Positions 27,299 to 36,980 of a stretch of 58,951 nt of DNA are shown one piece after another. The notes beneath the pieces are model-generated. The model saw nothing but the letters and a program-made list of their open reading frames with translations, had not been told where the DNA came from and ran no database searches. The translations under genes were made by a program, and so were the position numbers. This DNA is from Corallococcus praedator (lineage in GTDB: Bacteria; Myxococcota; Myxococcia; Myxococcales; Myxococcaceae), in NCBI RefSeq assembly GCF_003612125.1, contig NZ_RAWI01000010.1, forward strand, positions 1 to 58,951. The letters run 5' to 3'. The number at the start of each line of letters is the position of its first letter. The stretch's first letter is position 1.

Positions 27299-29983
27299 CT
27301 AATGAGCGCGGAGGAAGTCCTGGACGCTCTGCTGCTGCAGCTTCGCGGATTCAATGCACAGCCGGATGGACTCCAGCGCCCGGGCCAGTGCGCGCGGCCC
27401 GCCCTCCACGCGCTTCACGCGGGGCGCAAGGAAGGCCTCCGCTTCCGCGAGCTGGGTCGCATCACAGAGATTGCCCACCTGGTTGATGAGTCCACCCTGC
27501 TCATCCGAGCGCAGTCGCTGCGAGAGCACGTCGAACTGCTGGCGGTAGAACTCCCAGGCCAGAGGCTGCGTCTCCGGCATGTTCAGCGACATCTTCAGGA
27601 TGGCCAGGGCATCCCGCGTGTCGAAGTCCGACCCCACCACCAATCCCAGTGCCCGTCGCTCCAGCTCCGGCTGCCGGAAATAGCTCAGCGCCGACAGCAG
27701 CCGGACGCGCTCGTTGCGGTCCTGCTCCTTCTTCGCGGCCTCCAACAATGCATTGAACAGCGAGGCATCGCCGTGGGACGCCGCCCGGGGCAGCGCGCTG
27801 GCCAGCGCCTCCGGGTCCACGGACTTCCGGTCCGCGAGCCACGCACGCACCAACGGCGTGGCTTCCTTCAGCAGCGCCGGATCCTCACCCAGCCCGCCCG
27901 CCAGCCGCAGGAACAGCGAACGCGACTGCTTCACGTCGTCACCGTCGCCGGGCTTCGACACCCACCCCAACGCCCGTGCACGCGGCGCATAGAGCGACGC
28001 CACCCAGGCGCGAAAGCGCTTCCGCTCCTCCACCGAAAGCCGGTCCACCCGCACCTGCCAGAGCAGCGCGGCCGCGCTCTCCACCACCAGCCGCTCCGGC
28101 GAGCGCGCCGTGGCAGGCACAGCCTCCAGCGCCTCCCCGAGCGGCAGGTCTCCGCGACCCACCGCCGCGTCCACGTCCGCCCAGAGGGCCACCTGCTCTC
28201 CCGTCGTGAACGCCGACGCCGGGGTCGCCAGCAGCTTCGCGAGCTGCTCACGCGTGTAGCCGCCGCGGTAGTACCCCGTGCCGCCCGCGTTGAGCAGGAC
28301 CCACGCCGGGCACTGCTTCGTCGGCAGCGCCACCTCCATCGAAGGCCCCTGCAACATCGAGCACACCCGGGATGACCGCGTCCCCGTCCCCGCGCGCAGA
28401 CACACCGGCACCTGCCATTCCTGCTGCGTGCTCGCCCGGGAGCCGGCGGGCAGATACCGCTCCTGCGACAGCTTCACCGTCGGCGCGCCCCCCGCCGGGC
28501 ACGTCACCTGGGCGGACACTCGTGGCGCCCCGCCCTTCTCGATGAAGCCCTTGAAGGAGCTCGCCACCTCCGGCCCCGCCGCCTGGGACACCTCCGCCAG
28601 GAAGTCCTCCGTCGTCACGGCGCCCCACGCGTGCTTGCGGACGTAGCCTCGCATCACGTCGCGGAAGCGCTCCGCCCCCAGCCACGCCTCGAACATGGCG
28701 ATGACGGACGAGCCCTTGTCATACGTCGTCCCATTGTCGAACGAACCCACGATGTCGTCGTTGCTCGCCACCGGCTTGCGCACCGGCAGCGCGGCCTCCA
28801 GCGCATCCGAAGCCAACGCCGACTCCGTCGCGGACATGGCCCGCTCCTGCTGGAAGCTCCAGGACGGCTCAAGCCGGTCCACCGTCTGCCGATCCAGCCA
28901 CGCCGTGAACGACTCGTTCAACCAGATGTCATCCCACCAGGCATTGGTGACGACGGCGCTGAACCAGTAGTGCCCCAATTCGTGGTTGGCGATGACCGCG
29001 TAGGAACGGCGCCGGTTCAGCGTCTCCTCCCCGGGAGGAATCAGCGTCAACGGCTGCCCGAGCGCCACGAGGCCCGGGTGCTCCATGGTGCCCCAGTACC
29101 GGGGCACCACCGCCACATCCAGCTTCTCGTAGGGATACGTCTGGTCGAAGAAGTCCTCCAGGCCCTTCACGATGCGCGGCGTGACGCTCGCGGCGTAGCG
29201 CGTCTCCCCGCCCCGCCCCTTCGGCACGATGAAGCGCAGGGGCACGCTCGCGCGCCCCACCGCGCCCGCCTCCACCACGTCGAACGGCCCCACGATGAAC
29301 GCCACCAGGTAGCTGGGCATGGGCCGGCTCTCCGCGAACGTGACGCGCTCCAGCCCGTCCGCCACGGGCTCGCGCGAGACGACGGGATGGTTGGCCAGGG
29401 CCACGTGCCCCGGCTTCACCGTCAGGCGCAGCTTCCATGGCACCTTGAAGGCCGGCTCGTCGAAGCACGGGAAGGCGCGCCGCGCGTCGATGGGCTCGAA
29501 GAACGTGTAGAGATACGACTCACCGCCCTCCGCCTGTCCATAGACACCCTGGCTGCGCTCGCGGTCCACCTTGCCGGTGAAGTCCAGGGTGAGCGTCGCC
29601 GTGCCCACGGGCAGCTCCTCCGGCAACAGCAATCCCAGCCGTCCTTCACTTTCGGAGACGGGCTTCGCGTCGAAGGTGCGGCCGCCCACCGTCACCCTGG
29701 CGCGCGTCACTTCCAGGTCCTGGCCATGCAGCCACACCTGACGCACCGGCTCGCGCACCTCCACGTCGATGCTCACGCTGCCCGGATAGGTGGCCTCCGC
29801 GGGCAGCAGCTTCAGGTCCAATGCGTAGCGCAGGGGCCGCACCGTGTCCGGCAGCCGCAGCACGGGAGGCCGGGGCTCCGGCCATGCGAGGGTGGCAGGC
29901 GCGGCGGCCGGGGGCGCGGCCTCCGGCGCGTGGGCACAGCGGACGGTCACCGCGACAACAAGCGACAGGAGGAGTCGGTTCAT
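27299..29983 (-). CDS. secreted M1-family zinc aminopeptidase (aminopeptidase N-like)
   Basis: Signal peptide MNRLLLSLVVAVTVRCAHA; GTMEHPGL (GAMEN-type) exopeptidase motif; HELGHYWFS...18 aa...NESFTAW (HExxH-x18-E). Confidence 0.9.
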   Translation of the reverse strand: MNRLLLSLVVAVTVRCAHAPEAAPPAAAPATLAWPEPRPPVLRLPDTVRPLRYALDLKLLPAEATYPGSVSIDVEVREPVRQVWLHGQDLEVTRARVTVGGRTFDAKPVSESEGRLGLLLPEELPVGTATLTLDFTGKVDRERSQGVYGQAEGGESYLYTFFEPIDARRAFPCFDEPAFKVPWKLRLTVKPGHVALANHPVVSREPVADGLERVTFAESRPMPSYLVAFIVGPFDVVEAGAVGRASVPLRFIVPKGRGGETRYAASVTPRIVKGLEDFFDQTYPYEKLDVAVVPRYWGTMEHPGLVALGQPLTLIPPGEETLNRRRSYAVIANHELGHYWFSAVVTNAWWDDIWLNESFTAWLDRQTVDRLEPSWSFQQERAMSATESALASDALEAALPVRKPVASNDDIVGSFDNGTTYDKGSSVIAMFEAWLGAERFRDVMRGYVRKHAWGAVTTEDFLAEVSQAAGPEVASSFKGFIEKGGAPRVSAQVTCPAGGAPTVKLSQERYLPAGSRASTQQEWQVPVCLRAGTGTRSSRVCSMLQGPSMEVALPTKQCPAWVLLNAGGTGYYRGGYTREQLAKLLATPASAFTTGEQVALWADVDAAVGRGDLPLGEALEAVPATARSPERLVVESAAALLWQVRVDRLSVEERKRFRAWVASLYAPRARALGWVSKPGDGDDVKQSRSLFLRLAGGLGEDPALLKEATPLVRAWLADRKSVDPEALASALPRAASHGDASLFNALLEAAKKEQDRNERVRLLSALSYFRQPELERRALGLVVGSDFDTRDALAILKMSLNMPETQPLAWEFYRQQFDVLSQRLRSDEQGGLINQVGNLCDATQLAEAEAFLAPRVKRVEGGPRALARALESIRLCIESAKLQQQSVQDFLRAH

Positions 29984-30134
29984 GGCTCCGGAGCGTAGCG
30001 CCCTCCCAACCGACGTCCAGGGTAACCACCGACCCGAAGGGTTTGAACAGACACCCGCCTCCAATGCAATCACAGTCTGTGTTTCCTGATTCAATCTGGT
30101 AGATCGAAACACTCTCCCCCACCAGGAAGGTGCG

Positions 30135-32483
30135 ATGCGTCGGCAGCCCCCTCTGTCTAGCGTTATGCTTTACATGGTAACCAGCTTTGCAATGGCTGTC
30201 ATGGCTTGCAGCCCTGACACCGCCGAGCCCGTGCCCGAAACCGGAGACGTGCGGTTCATCAGCGCGGTGCCCCAGGCGCTCGCGGGCGATGAGGTCACCC
30301 GGGTGACCGTGACGCTGACGGCCACGGGCGTGCCCTCGTCCACGGCCGTGCTCACGAAGAGCGCGGACAGCTGGAGTGGCACGCTGTACCAGGTCCCCGC
30401 GGGCACCCAGCGAACCTTCACCGCGGAGGCCTTCGCGGCGGACGGCTCGCTGCGCTACCGCGGCGCGGCAACGGATGTCACCATCACGGCGGGCACCACG
30501 TCGGTCGTCGCCATCACGCTCCAGGCCCTGAATGTGCCCGGGCCCTTCGACAACTCCGCGCCCTGCATCGACTCGCTGGTGGCGTCCGCCAGCACCGTGC
30601 TGCCCGGGGGCACGCTGTCCCTCCAGGCCACCGCGCATGACCCGGACACCTCGGACACGTTCACCTATGCGTGGACGGCGACGGGCGGCACCTTCGGCTC
30701 GGCCGCGCTCGCCTCGACGACCTGGACGGCCCCCGCGACGCCGGGCGTCGTCACGCTGACGCTGACGGTCACCGACTCGCGCGGCGCCGCCGCGGTCATC
30801 CGCATCAACATCACGGTCATCTCGACGGACGGCGGACCGGACTCGGGCGTGGCCCAGGTGTCCGTGACCTTCAACGTCTCCCCCGCCGTGAACCGCGTCA
30901 CCGCGTCGCAGTCCCCGCTGCCGGTGGGCCAGAGCACCACCGTGGTCGCGGACGTGACGGATCCGGACGGCGATGCGCTGACCTACCAGTGGACGGCGTC
31001 CTGCGCCGGAACGTGGACCGACGCCACCGCCAGCACGGCGTCCTTCACCCCGAGCGCGGTGCCGGCCGGCGAGTCCTGCGGCAACTGCTCGCTCACCGTC
31101 ACCGTGAAGGATCCGAACGGCGGCCAGACGCAGGGCACCCTGCGCATCTGCGTCGGCACGGGTCCCGTCGCCAACGTGCCCCCGCGCATCGTCCTGTCGA
31201 ACCAGAGCGCGCTCTCCGTGGCGGGCAATGGCACCGTGACGTTCCGCGTCCTCGCGGAGGACGGCAATGGCAGCGCGCTCACCTTCGCCTGGGCGTCGAG
31301 CCACGGCACGCTGGGCACGGCCACCTCCGGGTTCACCTCCAGCGAGATCGCCTGGAAGGCCCCGGCCTGCATCCCCGATGGCCCCAGCCCCACCATCAGC
31401 GCCACCGTCACGAACGCCCTGGGCTTCTCCGCGTCCACGAGCTTCAGCGTCGCCGTGGTGGGCGTGCCGACCTGCACCCCGCCTCCGGAGAGCACCGTCG
31501 CGCGGTGGGATGCCACGGCCGCCATGACGGTCCGTCGCTTCGGCGCGAGCGTCATCCCCCTGCCCTCCGGCAAGATCTTCGTCTTCGGGGGAGTGACCGT
31601 GTCGAACCCCGTCCTGGTGTCCGGCGAAATCTATGATCCCGCCACGGCGACCTGGGCCCCGGCCACCTCCATGGGGACGGCGCACTACTCGCCGGCGGTG
31701 ACCCTGCTGCCCTCCGGAAAGCTCCTGGTCACGGGAGGCTTCGGGCTCTACCCAAGCACCACCCCGCTGCGCAACGTGGAGCTCTACGATCCCGCCACCA
31801 ACACCTGGACGGCCGGGCCGACCATGGCGTTCGCGCGCGGGAGCCACACGTCGACGCTGCTGCCCAACGGCAAGGTGCTCATCATCGGCGGAAACACGTC
31901 GGGCGACACCGCGAGCAATCGCATCCCGGAGCTGTTCGACCCCGCGACGATGACGTTCGTGCCGGTGGCGGCCTCGACCTTCGTCCATACGGGCCACCTG
32001 GCGGTGTTGCTGCCGTCGGGCAAGATCCTCGTCTTGGGCGGCAACTCCCCGGCGGAGTTCTATGATCCGGCCACCAACACCTGGAGCAACGCCACGGGGC
32101 TCATCAACCGCAACTTCACGCACGCCTTCCTGCAGCCATCGGGCAAGCTCCTGCTGGCCGGGAGCACCACCCTGATCGCGCTGTATGACCCCGTGCTCAA
32201 CGTCCAGACGACGGCGGGGAACTTCAGCTACGACCGCCCGACGTCCTCCATCGTCCAGTTGGCGTCGGGAAAGCTCCTGCTGGCGGGAGGCAACTCCCTG
32301 GTGGGCCTGACGACGGAGCTCTTCGATCCGGCCACCGGGACGACGTCCTTCTCCATCAGCATGGCGTCGAACCGCTATTCGATGGGCACCACCCTGCTGC
32401 CCAACGGCAAGGTGCTCTTCATTGGCGGGTATGACCGGGACGCGGGGGCGAGCGTCAACGCGGCCCTCCTCTACACCCCCTGA
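30135..32483 (+). CDS. lipoprotein with N-terminal Ig/PKD-like domains (paralogous to 7527-9902) and a C-terminal Kelch-repeat beta-propeller
   Basis: Lipobox AMAVMACSPD. N-terminal about 330 aa align with the RCC1 lipoprotein (NVPGPFDNSAPCIDSLVAS...TYAWTATGG vs NAPAPFENTAPVITSLVAS...TYAWTASAG). C-terminal Kelch blades (GKLLVTGG, GKVLIIGG, GKILVLGG...). AGGAAGG SD. Confidence 0.8.
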   Translation: MRRQPPLSSVMLYMVTSFAMAVMACSPDTAEPVPETGDVRFISAVPQALAGDEVTRVTVTLTATGVPSSTAVLTKSADSWSGTLYQVPAGTQRTFTAEAFAADGSLRYRGAATDVTITAGTTSVVAITLQALNVPGPFDNSAPCIDSLVASASTVLPGGTLSLQATAHDPDTSDTFTYAWTATGGTFGSAALASTTWTAPATPGVVTLTLTVTDSRGAAAVIRINITVISTDGGPDSGVAQVSVTFNVSPAVNRVTASQSPLPVGQSTTVVADVTDPDGDALTYQWTASCAGTWTDATASTASFTPSAVPAGESCGNCSLTVTVKDPNGGQTQGTLRICVGTGPVANVPPRIVLSNQSALSVAGNGTVTFRVLAEDGNGSALTFAWASSHGTLGTATSGFTSSEIAWKAPACIPDGPSPTISATVTNALGFSASTSFSVAVVGVPTCTPPPESTVARWDATAAMTVRRFGASVIPLPSGKIFVFGGVTVSNPVLVSGEIYDPATATWAPATSMGTAHYSPAVTLLPSGKLLVTGGFGLYPSTTPLRNVELYDPATNTWTAGPTMAFARGSHTSTLLPNGKVLIIGGNTSGDTASNRIPELFDPATMTFVPVAASTFVHTGHLAVLLPSGKILVLGGNSPAEFYDPATNTWSNATGLINRNFTHAFLQPSGKLLLAGSTTLIALYDPVLNVQTTAGNFSYDRPTSSIVQLASGKLLLAGGNSLVGLTTELFDPATGTTSFSISMASNRYSMGTTLLPNGKVLFIGGYDRDAGASVNAALLYTP

Positions 32484-32570
32484 GCCCGGGCTGAAGTTCC
32501 GTTGACGGGCGGTCGGACCCACACGGGTCCGGCCGCTCCGGGCATTGCGGCCTGCCTTGAATCAGCGAGG

Positions 32571-33401
32571 ATGCGCCCCATGTCCACCCTCAAAGGCAAG
32601 ACCCTCTTCATCACCGGCGCCAGCCGCGGCATCGGCCTGGCCATCGCGCTGCGCGCGGCCCGGGACGGCGCCAACATCATCATCGCGGCGAAGACGACCG
32701 ACCCGCACCCCAAGCTGCCCGGCACCATCTACACCGCGGCGAAGGAGATTGAAGCGGCGGGCGGCAAGGCGCTGCCCTGCGTGGTGGACATCCGCGACGA
32801 GGCGCAGATCCACGCGGCCGTGGCCAAGGCGGTGGAGACCTTTGGCGGCATCGACATCCTGGTGAACAACGCCAGCGCCATCAGCCTCACCGGCACACTG
32901 GAGACGCCGCTCAAGCGCTTCGACCTGATGCACGGCATCAACACGCGCGGCACCTTCGCGTGCTCGCAGGCGTGCCTGCCGTACCTCAAGAAGTCCTCCA
33001 ATCCGCACATCCTCAACAACTCGCCGCCGCTCAACATGGAGGCGCGCTGGTTCGGCCCCCACGTCGCCTACACCATGGCGAAGTTCGGCATGAGCATGTG
33101 CGTGCTGGGCATGGCGGAGGAGTTCAAGGACGAGGGCATCGCCGTCAACGCCCTCTGGCCGCGCACCGTCATCGCCACCGCCGCCGTGCAGAACCTCCTG
33201 GGCGGCGATGAGACCATCAAGGGCAGCCGCTCGCCGGAGATCATGGCCGACGCGGCCCACGCCATCCTCACCAAGCCCAGCCGCTCCTTCACCGGCAACT
33301 TCTGCATCGACGAGGACGTGCTGCGCGGCGTGGGCGTCACGAACTTCGACAAGTACCAGTCCGTGCCCGGCGCGGAGCTGTTCCCCGACTACTTCATCTG
33401 A
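32571..33401 (+). CDS. SDR-family oxidoreductase
   Basis: TLFITGASRGIGLAIAL Rossmann motif, NNAS, catalytic Y..K; start could equally be the ATG at 32580. Confidence 0.85.
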   Translation: MRPMSTLKGKTLFITGASRGIGLAIALRAARDGANIIIAAKTTDPHPKLPGTIYTAAKEIEAAGGKALPCVVDIRDEAQIHAAVAKAVETFGGIDILVNNASAISLTGTLETPLKRFDLMHGINTRGTFACSQACLPYLKKSSNPHILNNSPPLNMEARWFGPHVAYTMAKFGMSMCVLGMAEEFKDEGIAVNALWPRTVIATAAVQNLLGGDETIKGSRSPEIMADAAHAILTKPSRSFTGNFCIDEDVLRGVGVTNFDKYQSVPGAELFPDYFI

Positions 33402-33450
33402 CCGTCGCACCCACCCCGGGGCGCATGGGTGCGCCAGGAACAAGGCCCTC

Positions 33451-34371
33451 ATGCCCCCGCGCAAGCTGCTGCGACACCTGGTCTGGCTCGAGTCCTTCAC
33501 CGCCGCCGTGGAGGCGGGCAGCATCGACGCCGCCGCCGAACACCTGGGCGTCGCCCGCTCCGTGGTGAGCGAGCACATCCGAGCGCTGGAGGAGGCCCTG
33601 GCGGACGGCGCGGTCCTGCTGGAGCGCGGCCCCGGGCGCAGGCTGCAACTGTCCGCGCGCGGCGAGCGCCTCTACGCGGGCACCCAGACGCCGCTGCACC
33701 AGTTGGACATGAAGCGGCTCATGGACCTGGCGCGCGTGGAGCCCACCCTGCGCCTGGGGCTCAACCCCACCCTGTCCATGTCGCTGTTGGGCGGCATCGC
33801 GCAGGACGCGGCCGCCACCGACCTCAAGCTGGTGGTGGGCTTCGGCGGCTCGCACGAGCTGGTGCGGCAGGTGCAGACGCGGCAGCAGGACCTGGTGCTG
33901 GACTTCACCCCCCTGCCACCCCACGACGGCGTGGATTCAGAGTCCCTGCTGCGCATGTCCTTCGTGGTGCTCGCCGGCCCGGACTCCGCGCTGGTGCGCG
34001 AACAGGCCTCCCGGCGCGCGCTGGATGTGAAGGACCTGCAGGGTCAACGTTTCGTGGACTGGTTGAGAGACGACCCGTACGGCGGCGCCAACAGCGCGCG
34101 CTTCGCCGCCCAGGGGGTCAAGGTGGACGAAGTGGGCCGCGTGGAGAGCTTCCTCCACCTCTACGAATTGCTGCGCGCCTACCGCGCCTGCGCCATCGCC
34201 CCCGACGTACGGCCCACCCAGCCGTTCCCCGCCGACGTCCACGTCTGGCCCCTGCGCGAGGCGGAACCCCAGGTGGTCGAAGTCGTCGCCCTGTGGCCCT
34301 CCGGCGGCCTCAGTCCCGGGGCCCGGGCCGTATTGGAGGGCCTGCGACGTCGGCTCCAGAAACGGCGATAA
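33451..34371 (+). CDS. LysR-family transcriptional regulator
   Basis: N-terminal HTH (LRHLVWLESFTAAVEAGSIDAAAEHLGVARSVVSEHIRALEEAL) plus a LysR substrate-binding-like C-terminal region. Confidence 0.75.
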   Translation: MPPRKLLRHLVWLESFTAAVEAGSIDAAAEHLGVARSVVSEHIRALEEALADGAVLLERGPGRRLQLSARGERLYAGTQTPLHQLDMKRLMDLARVEPTLRLGLNPTLSMSLLGGIAQDAAATDLKLVVGFGGSHELVRQVQTRQQDLVLDFTPLPPHDGVDSESLLRMSFVVLAGPDSALVREQASRRALDVKDLQGQRFVDWLRDDPYGGANSARFAAQGVKVDEVGRVESFLHLYELLRAYRACAIAPDVRPTQPFPADVHVWPLREAEPQVVEVVALWPSGGLSPGARAVLEGLRRRLQKRR

Positions 34372-34463
34372 TCCGACGAAGACGTCGTTTTCTGCCGGAT
34401 TTCCGTCCTCCGCTGACATGGGTATCTTCCAGGTGTCCTGTTTCTCTTGAAGGAGCCTCCGAG

Positions 34464-36059
34464 ATGACCCCCACGGAACGGACGATCGCCCGCCTGCCCG
34501 CCCACCTGCGTCGCTACGTGGTGTCGCAGGACTACGCGGCCTACACGCCCCGCGACCAGGCGGTGTGGCGTCACATCCTGGGGCAGCTCCGGGGGCATCT
34601 GCGCGACAAGGCGCATCCCGTCTACCTGGAGGGTCTGGAGGCCACCGGCATTGGCGCGGAGGCCATCCCCAGCCTGGACGAGATGAACGAGAAGCTGTCG
34701 AAGCTGGGCTGGTCCTGCGTGGCGGTGCGCGGCTTCATCCCTCCGGCGGTCTTCACGGAGCTGCAGGCGCTGGGGGTGCTGGCCATCGCGGCGGACATCC
34801 GCACGCACGAGCACATCCAGTACACGCCCGCGCCGGACATCGTCCATGAGAGCGCGGGGCACGCGCCCATCATCGCGAACCGCCGCTACGCGGAGTACCT
34901 CAAGGCCGTGGGGCTGGTGGGGTTCAAGGCCATCGCGAGCGTGGAGGACCAAGCCGTCTTCGAGGCCATCCGCAACCTGTCCGTGGTGAAGGAGGACCCC
35001 ACGGCGAGCGACGCGGAGATCGCGCACGCGCAGGCCCGCCTGGAGGCCGCCAACGAGAGCCACCGCTACATCAGCGAGAGCACCCGCGCGAGCCGCCTGT
35101 ACTGGTGGACGGCGGAGTACGGGCTCGTGGGCGACCTGGAGCGCCCGCGCATCTACGGCGCGGGCCTGCTGTCGAGCATCGGCGAGGCGAAGCACTGCCT
35201 GACGTCCGCGGTGCGGAAGCTGCCGCTGGGCGTGGCGTGCGCGGACACGGACTACGACATCACCCGCATGCAGCCGCAGCTCTTCGTGGCGCGCGACTTC
35301 GAGCACCTGTTCGAGGTGCTGGCGGAGTTCGAGGCCACGCTCGCGTGGAAGCGCGGCGGGGACCTGGGCCTGGACGAGGCGCTGCGAGCGCGCACGGTGA
35401 ACCACCTGGTGCTCTCGGACGGCCGCGAGGTGACGGGCAAGGTGGTGGAGCTGCTGCCGGCCGCGCAGGAGGTGGCCCCGGGTCTGTCCACCGCGATGGC
35501 TCGGCTGGAAGGCCCCATCGTCACGTCGCGCGATGGCCAGGCGCTGGACAAGCCGTTCAGCGGCGCGGCGCTGGTGGCCTTTGGAACGGGCACCCTGCCG
35601 GAGCGCGGGAACTTCCGACTGGCGCTGGACAGCGGGCTGGTGCTGGAGGGCTTCGCGGTGGATGGCGGCGAGGTGATTGCCCTGAGCGGGACGCTCGCGG
35701 GCAAGCCGCTGGAGCTGCCGTCGATGGCGCGCGTGTACCTGACCGAGCGGCTGCCGTCCGTGGCGGGTGGCCCCGCGGATCCGGGCGCGTGGGACCGCTG
35801 GTTCGGGGAGATGAACGCCTTCACCGCGGGCGACGGCGAGGCGCAGGCGCGCGAGCGCAAGGCGAAGGCGCTGCACCCGTCCCTGGCGGCCCTCTACACG
35901 GAGGTGCGCCGCCTCCGTGAGACGGGGCAGCTCGCGGCGGACCGGCTGGAGCAGATCGCCCGGGCCTCCTCCGACTTCCCGTCGGACTGGCTCTTGCGCG
36001 CGGAGGTCGCGGAGCTGCGCGGGGAAGAGCCTGCGCAGCGCAACGCGGCCCACGCGTAG
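34464..36059 (+). CDS. biopterin-dependent aromatic amino acid hydroxylase (phenylalanine-4-hydroxylase-like) catalytic domain with a ~230-aa C-terminal extension of unknown function
   Basis: HEHIQYTPAPDIVHESAGHAPIIANRRYAEYL matches the PAH iron-binding His pair region (YTPEPDI.HE..GH.P..A...FAEF); downstream of the LysR gene. Confidence 0.55.
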   Translation: MTPTERTIARLPAHLRRYVVSQDYAAYTPRDQAVWRHILGQLRGHLRDKAHPVYLEGLEATGIGAEAIPSLDEMNEKLSKLGWSCVAVRGFIPPAVFTELQALGVLAIAADIRTHEHIQYTPAPDIVHESAGHAPIIANRRYAEYLKAVGLVGFKAIASVEDQAVFEAIRNLSVVKEDPTASDAEIAHAQARLEAANESHRYISESTRASRLYWWTAEYGLVGDLERPRIYGAGLLSSIGEAKHCLTSAVRKLPLGVACADTDYDITRMQPQLFVARDFEHLFEVLAEFEATLAWKRGGDLGLDEALRARTVNHLVLSDGREVTGKVVELLPAAQEVAPGLSTAMARLEGPIVTSRDGQALDKPFSGAALVAFGTGTLPERGNFRLALDSGLVLEGFAVDGGEVIALSGTLAGKPLELPSMARVYLTERLPSVAGGPADPGAWDRWFGEMNAFTAGDGEAQARERKAKALHPSLAALYTEVRRLRETGQLAADRLEQIARASSDFPSDWLLRAEVAELRGEEPAQRNAAHA

Positions 36060-36109
36060 TCCTACGGCTGCTGGCAGTCAGCCCGCGGAACCGGAGGCGG
36101 AGCGCCTTG

Positions 36110-36910
36110 TCAGGCCGCTGATGGCTGCTTGCTGTCTGGCCCCTCAAGGAATCGAAGGGCTGTTGAGGTGAATGGAACCGTGGAATCAAAAACAGGAACG
36201 TGGTCGCCGCCAGGAACAATCCATAGCGCGGCATCCGGTATGGACCGGTAGATGCTCACAGGAATTTCAACGGGAAAAAAGTGGTCGCGATCACCGTGCA
36301 CAACGAGCGTACGAGCCGTAATGGCCGACAGGCTCTGCGCAGTGAAATTCATGTCGTCGTAGTCTTTACTCAACGCATTGAACTGCGCAATGAGTTGACG
36401 AATCTGCGCATCTCCGCGTTTTGCGCACTCCCGATACATCTCTCGCACTTGTTGGGGCATCGTCTCAAACGAAGCCCTGCGCATGATGGCCCTTGCCTGA
36501 TCGGGGAAATGGGAAGTCGCGCTAATCAATACCATTGAGTCGATGCGCTTGGGTTGGCTCGTTGCCATGTGAAGCAGCGCCATCCCGCCAGAACTCATAC
36601 CCATGGCCGAGAACCGACCAACCCCCAGCTTCTCAAGCAAGAGGAACACGTCACGGGCCGCTTCCCGATGTGTAAATTTGTTCTCGGGATTGGTGGAGTA
36701 ACCATGGCCACGCATATCCACGACGATCAGTCGATGGCGCTCTGAGAGTTTGGCGGTAAAGGGATGCCAGTTCTGTGAACAACCGCCAAACCCATGCAAG
36801 AGCACCAGGGGCTTTCCGACTCCATACTCCTCGTAGTACATCTCAATGTCGTTGATTTGAACGGCATGCCCGCGAGTTGTCGTCTGATTGGGAGCGTACG
36901 TCGTTGTCAT
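36110..36910 (-). CDS. alpha/beta-fold hydrolase encoded in a low-GC (~50%) single-gene island
   Basis: HGFGGCSQNW, GMSSGG nucleophile elbow, C-terminal His region; composition clearly atypical for the window. Confidence 0.75.
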   Translation of the reverse strand: MTTTYAPNQTTTRGHAVQINDIEMYYEEYGVGKPLVLLHGFGGCSQNWHPFTAKLSERHRLIVVDMRGHGYSTNPENKFTHREAARDVFLLLEKLGVGRFSAMGMSSGGMALLHMATSQPKRIDSMVLISATSHFPDQARAIMRRASFETMPQQVREMYRECAKRGDAQIRQLIAQFNALSKDYDDMNFTAQSLSAITARTLVVHGDRDHFFPVEIPVSIYRSIPDAALWIVPGGDHVPVFDSTVPFTSTALRFLEGPDSKQPSAA

Positions 36911-36980
36911 GGGTGTACCTTGTATCCGTCCGGCGCAGACACGGGTGCGTCTCGCCGAGCACCTCCGGGCACGCATCGGC

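Noticed and set aside
27302-28375. 357-aa plus-strand ORF
   Set aside because: Antisense to the M1 aminopeptidase, Arg-rich, no motifs.
29646-32522. 958-aa minus-strand ORF spanning the Kelch lipoprotein gene
   Set aside because: Extremely Arg/Gly-rich antisense artefact of high-GC DNA. The plus-strand Kelch gene has domain support and an SD.
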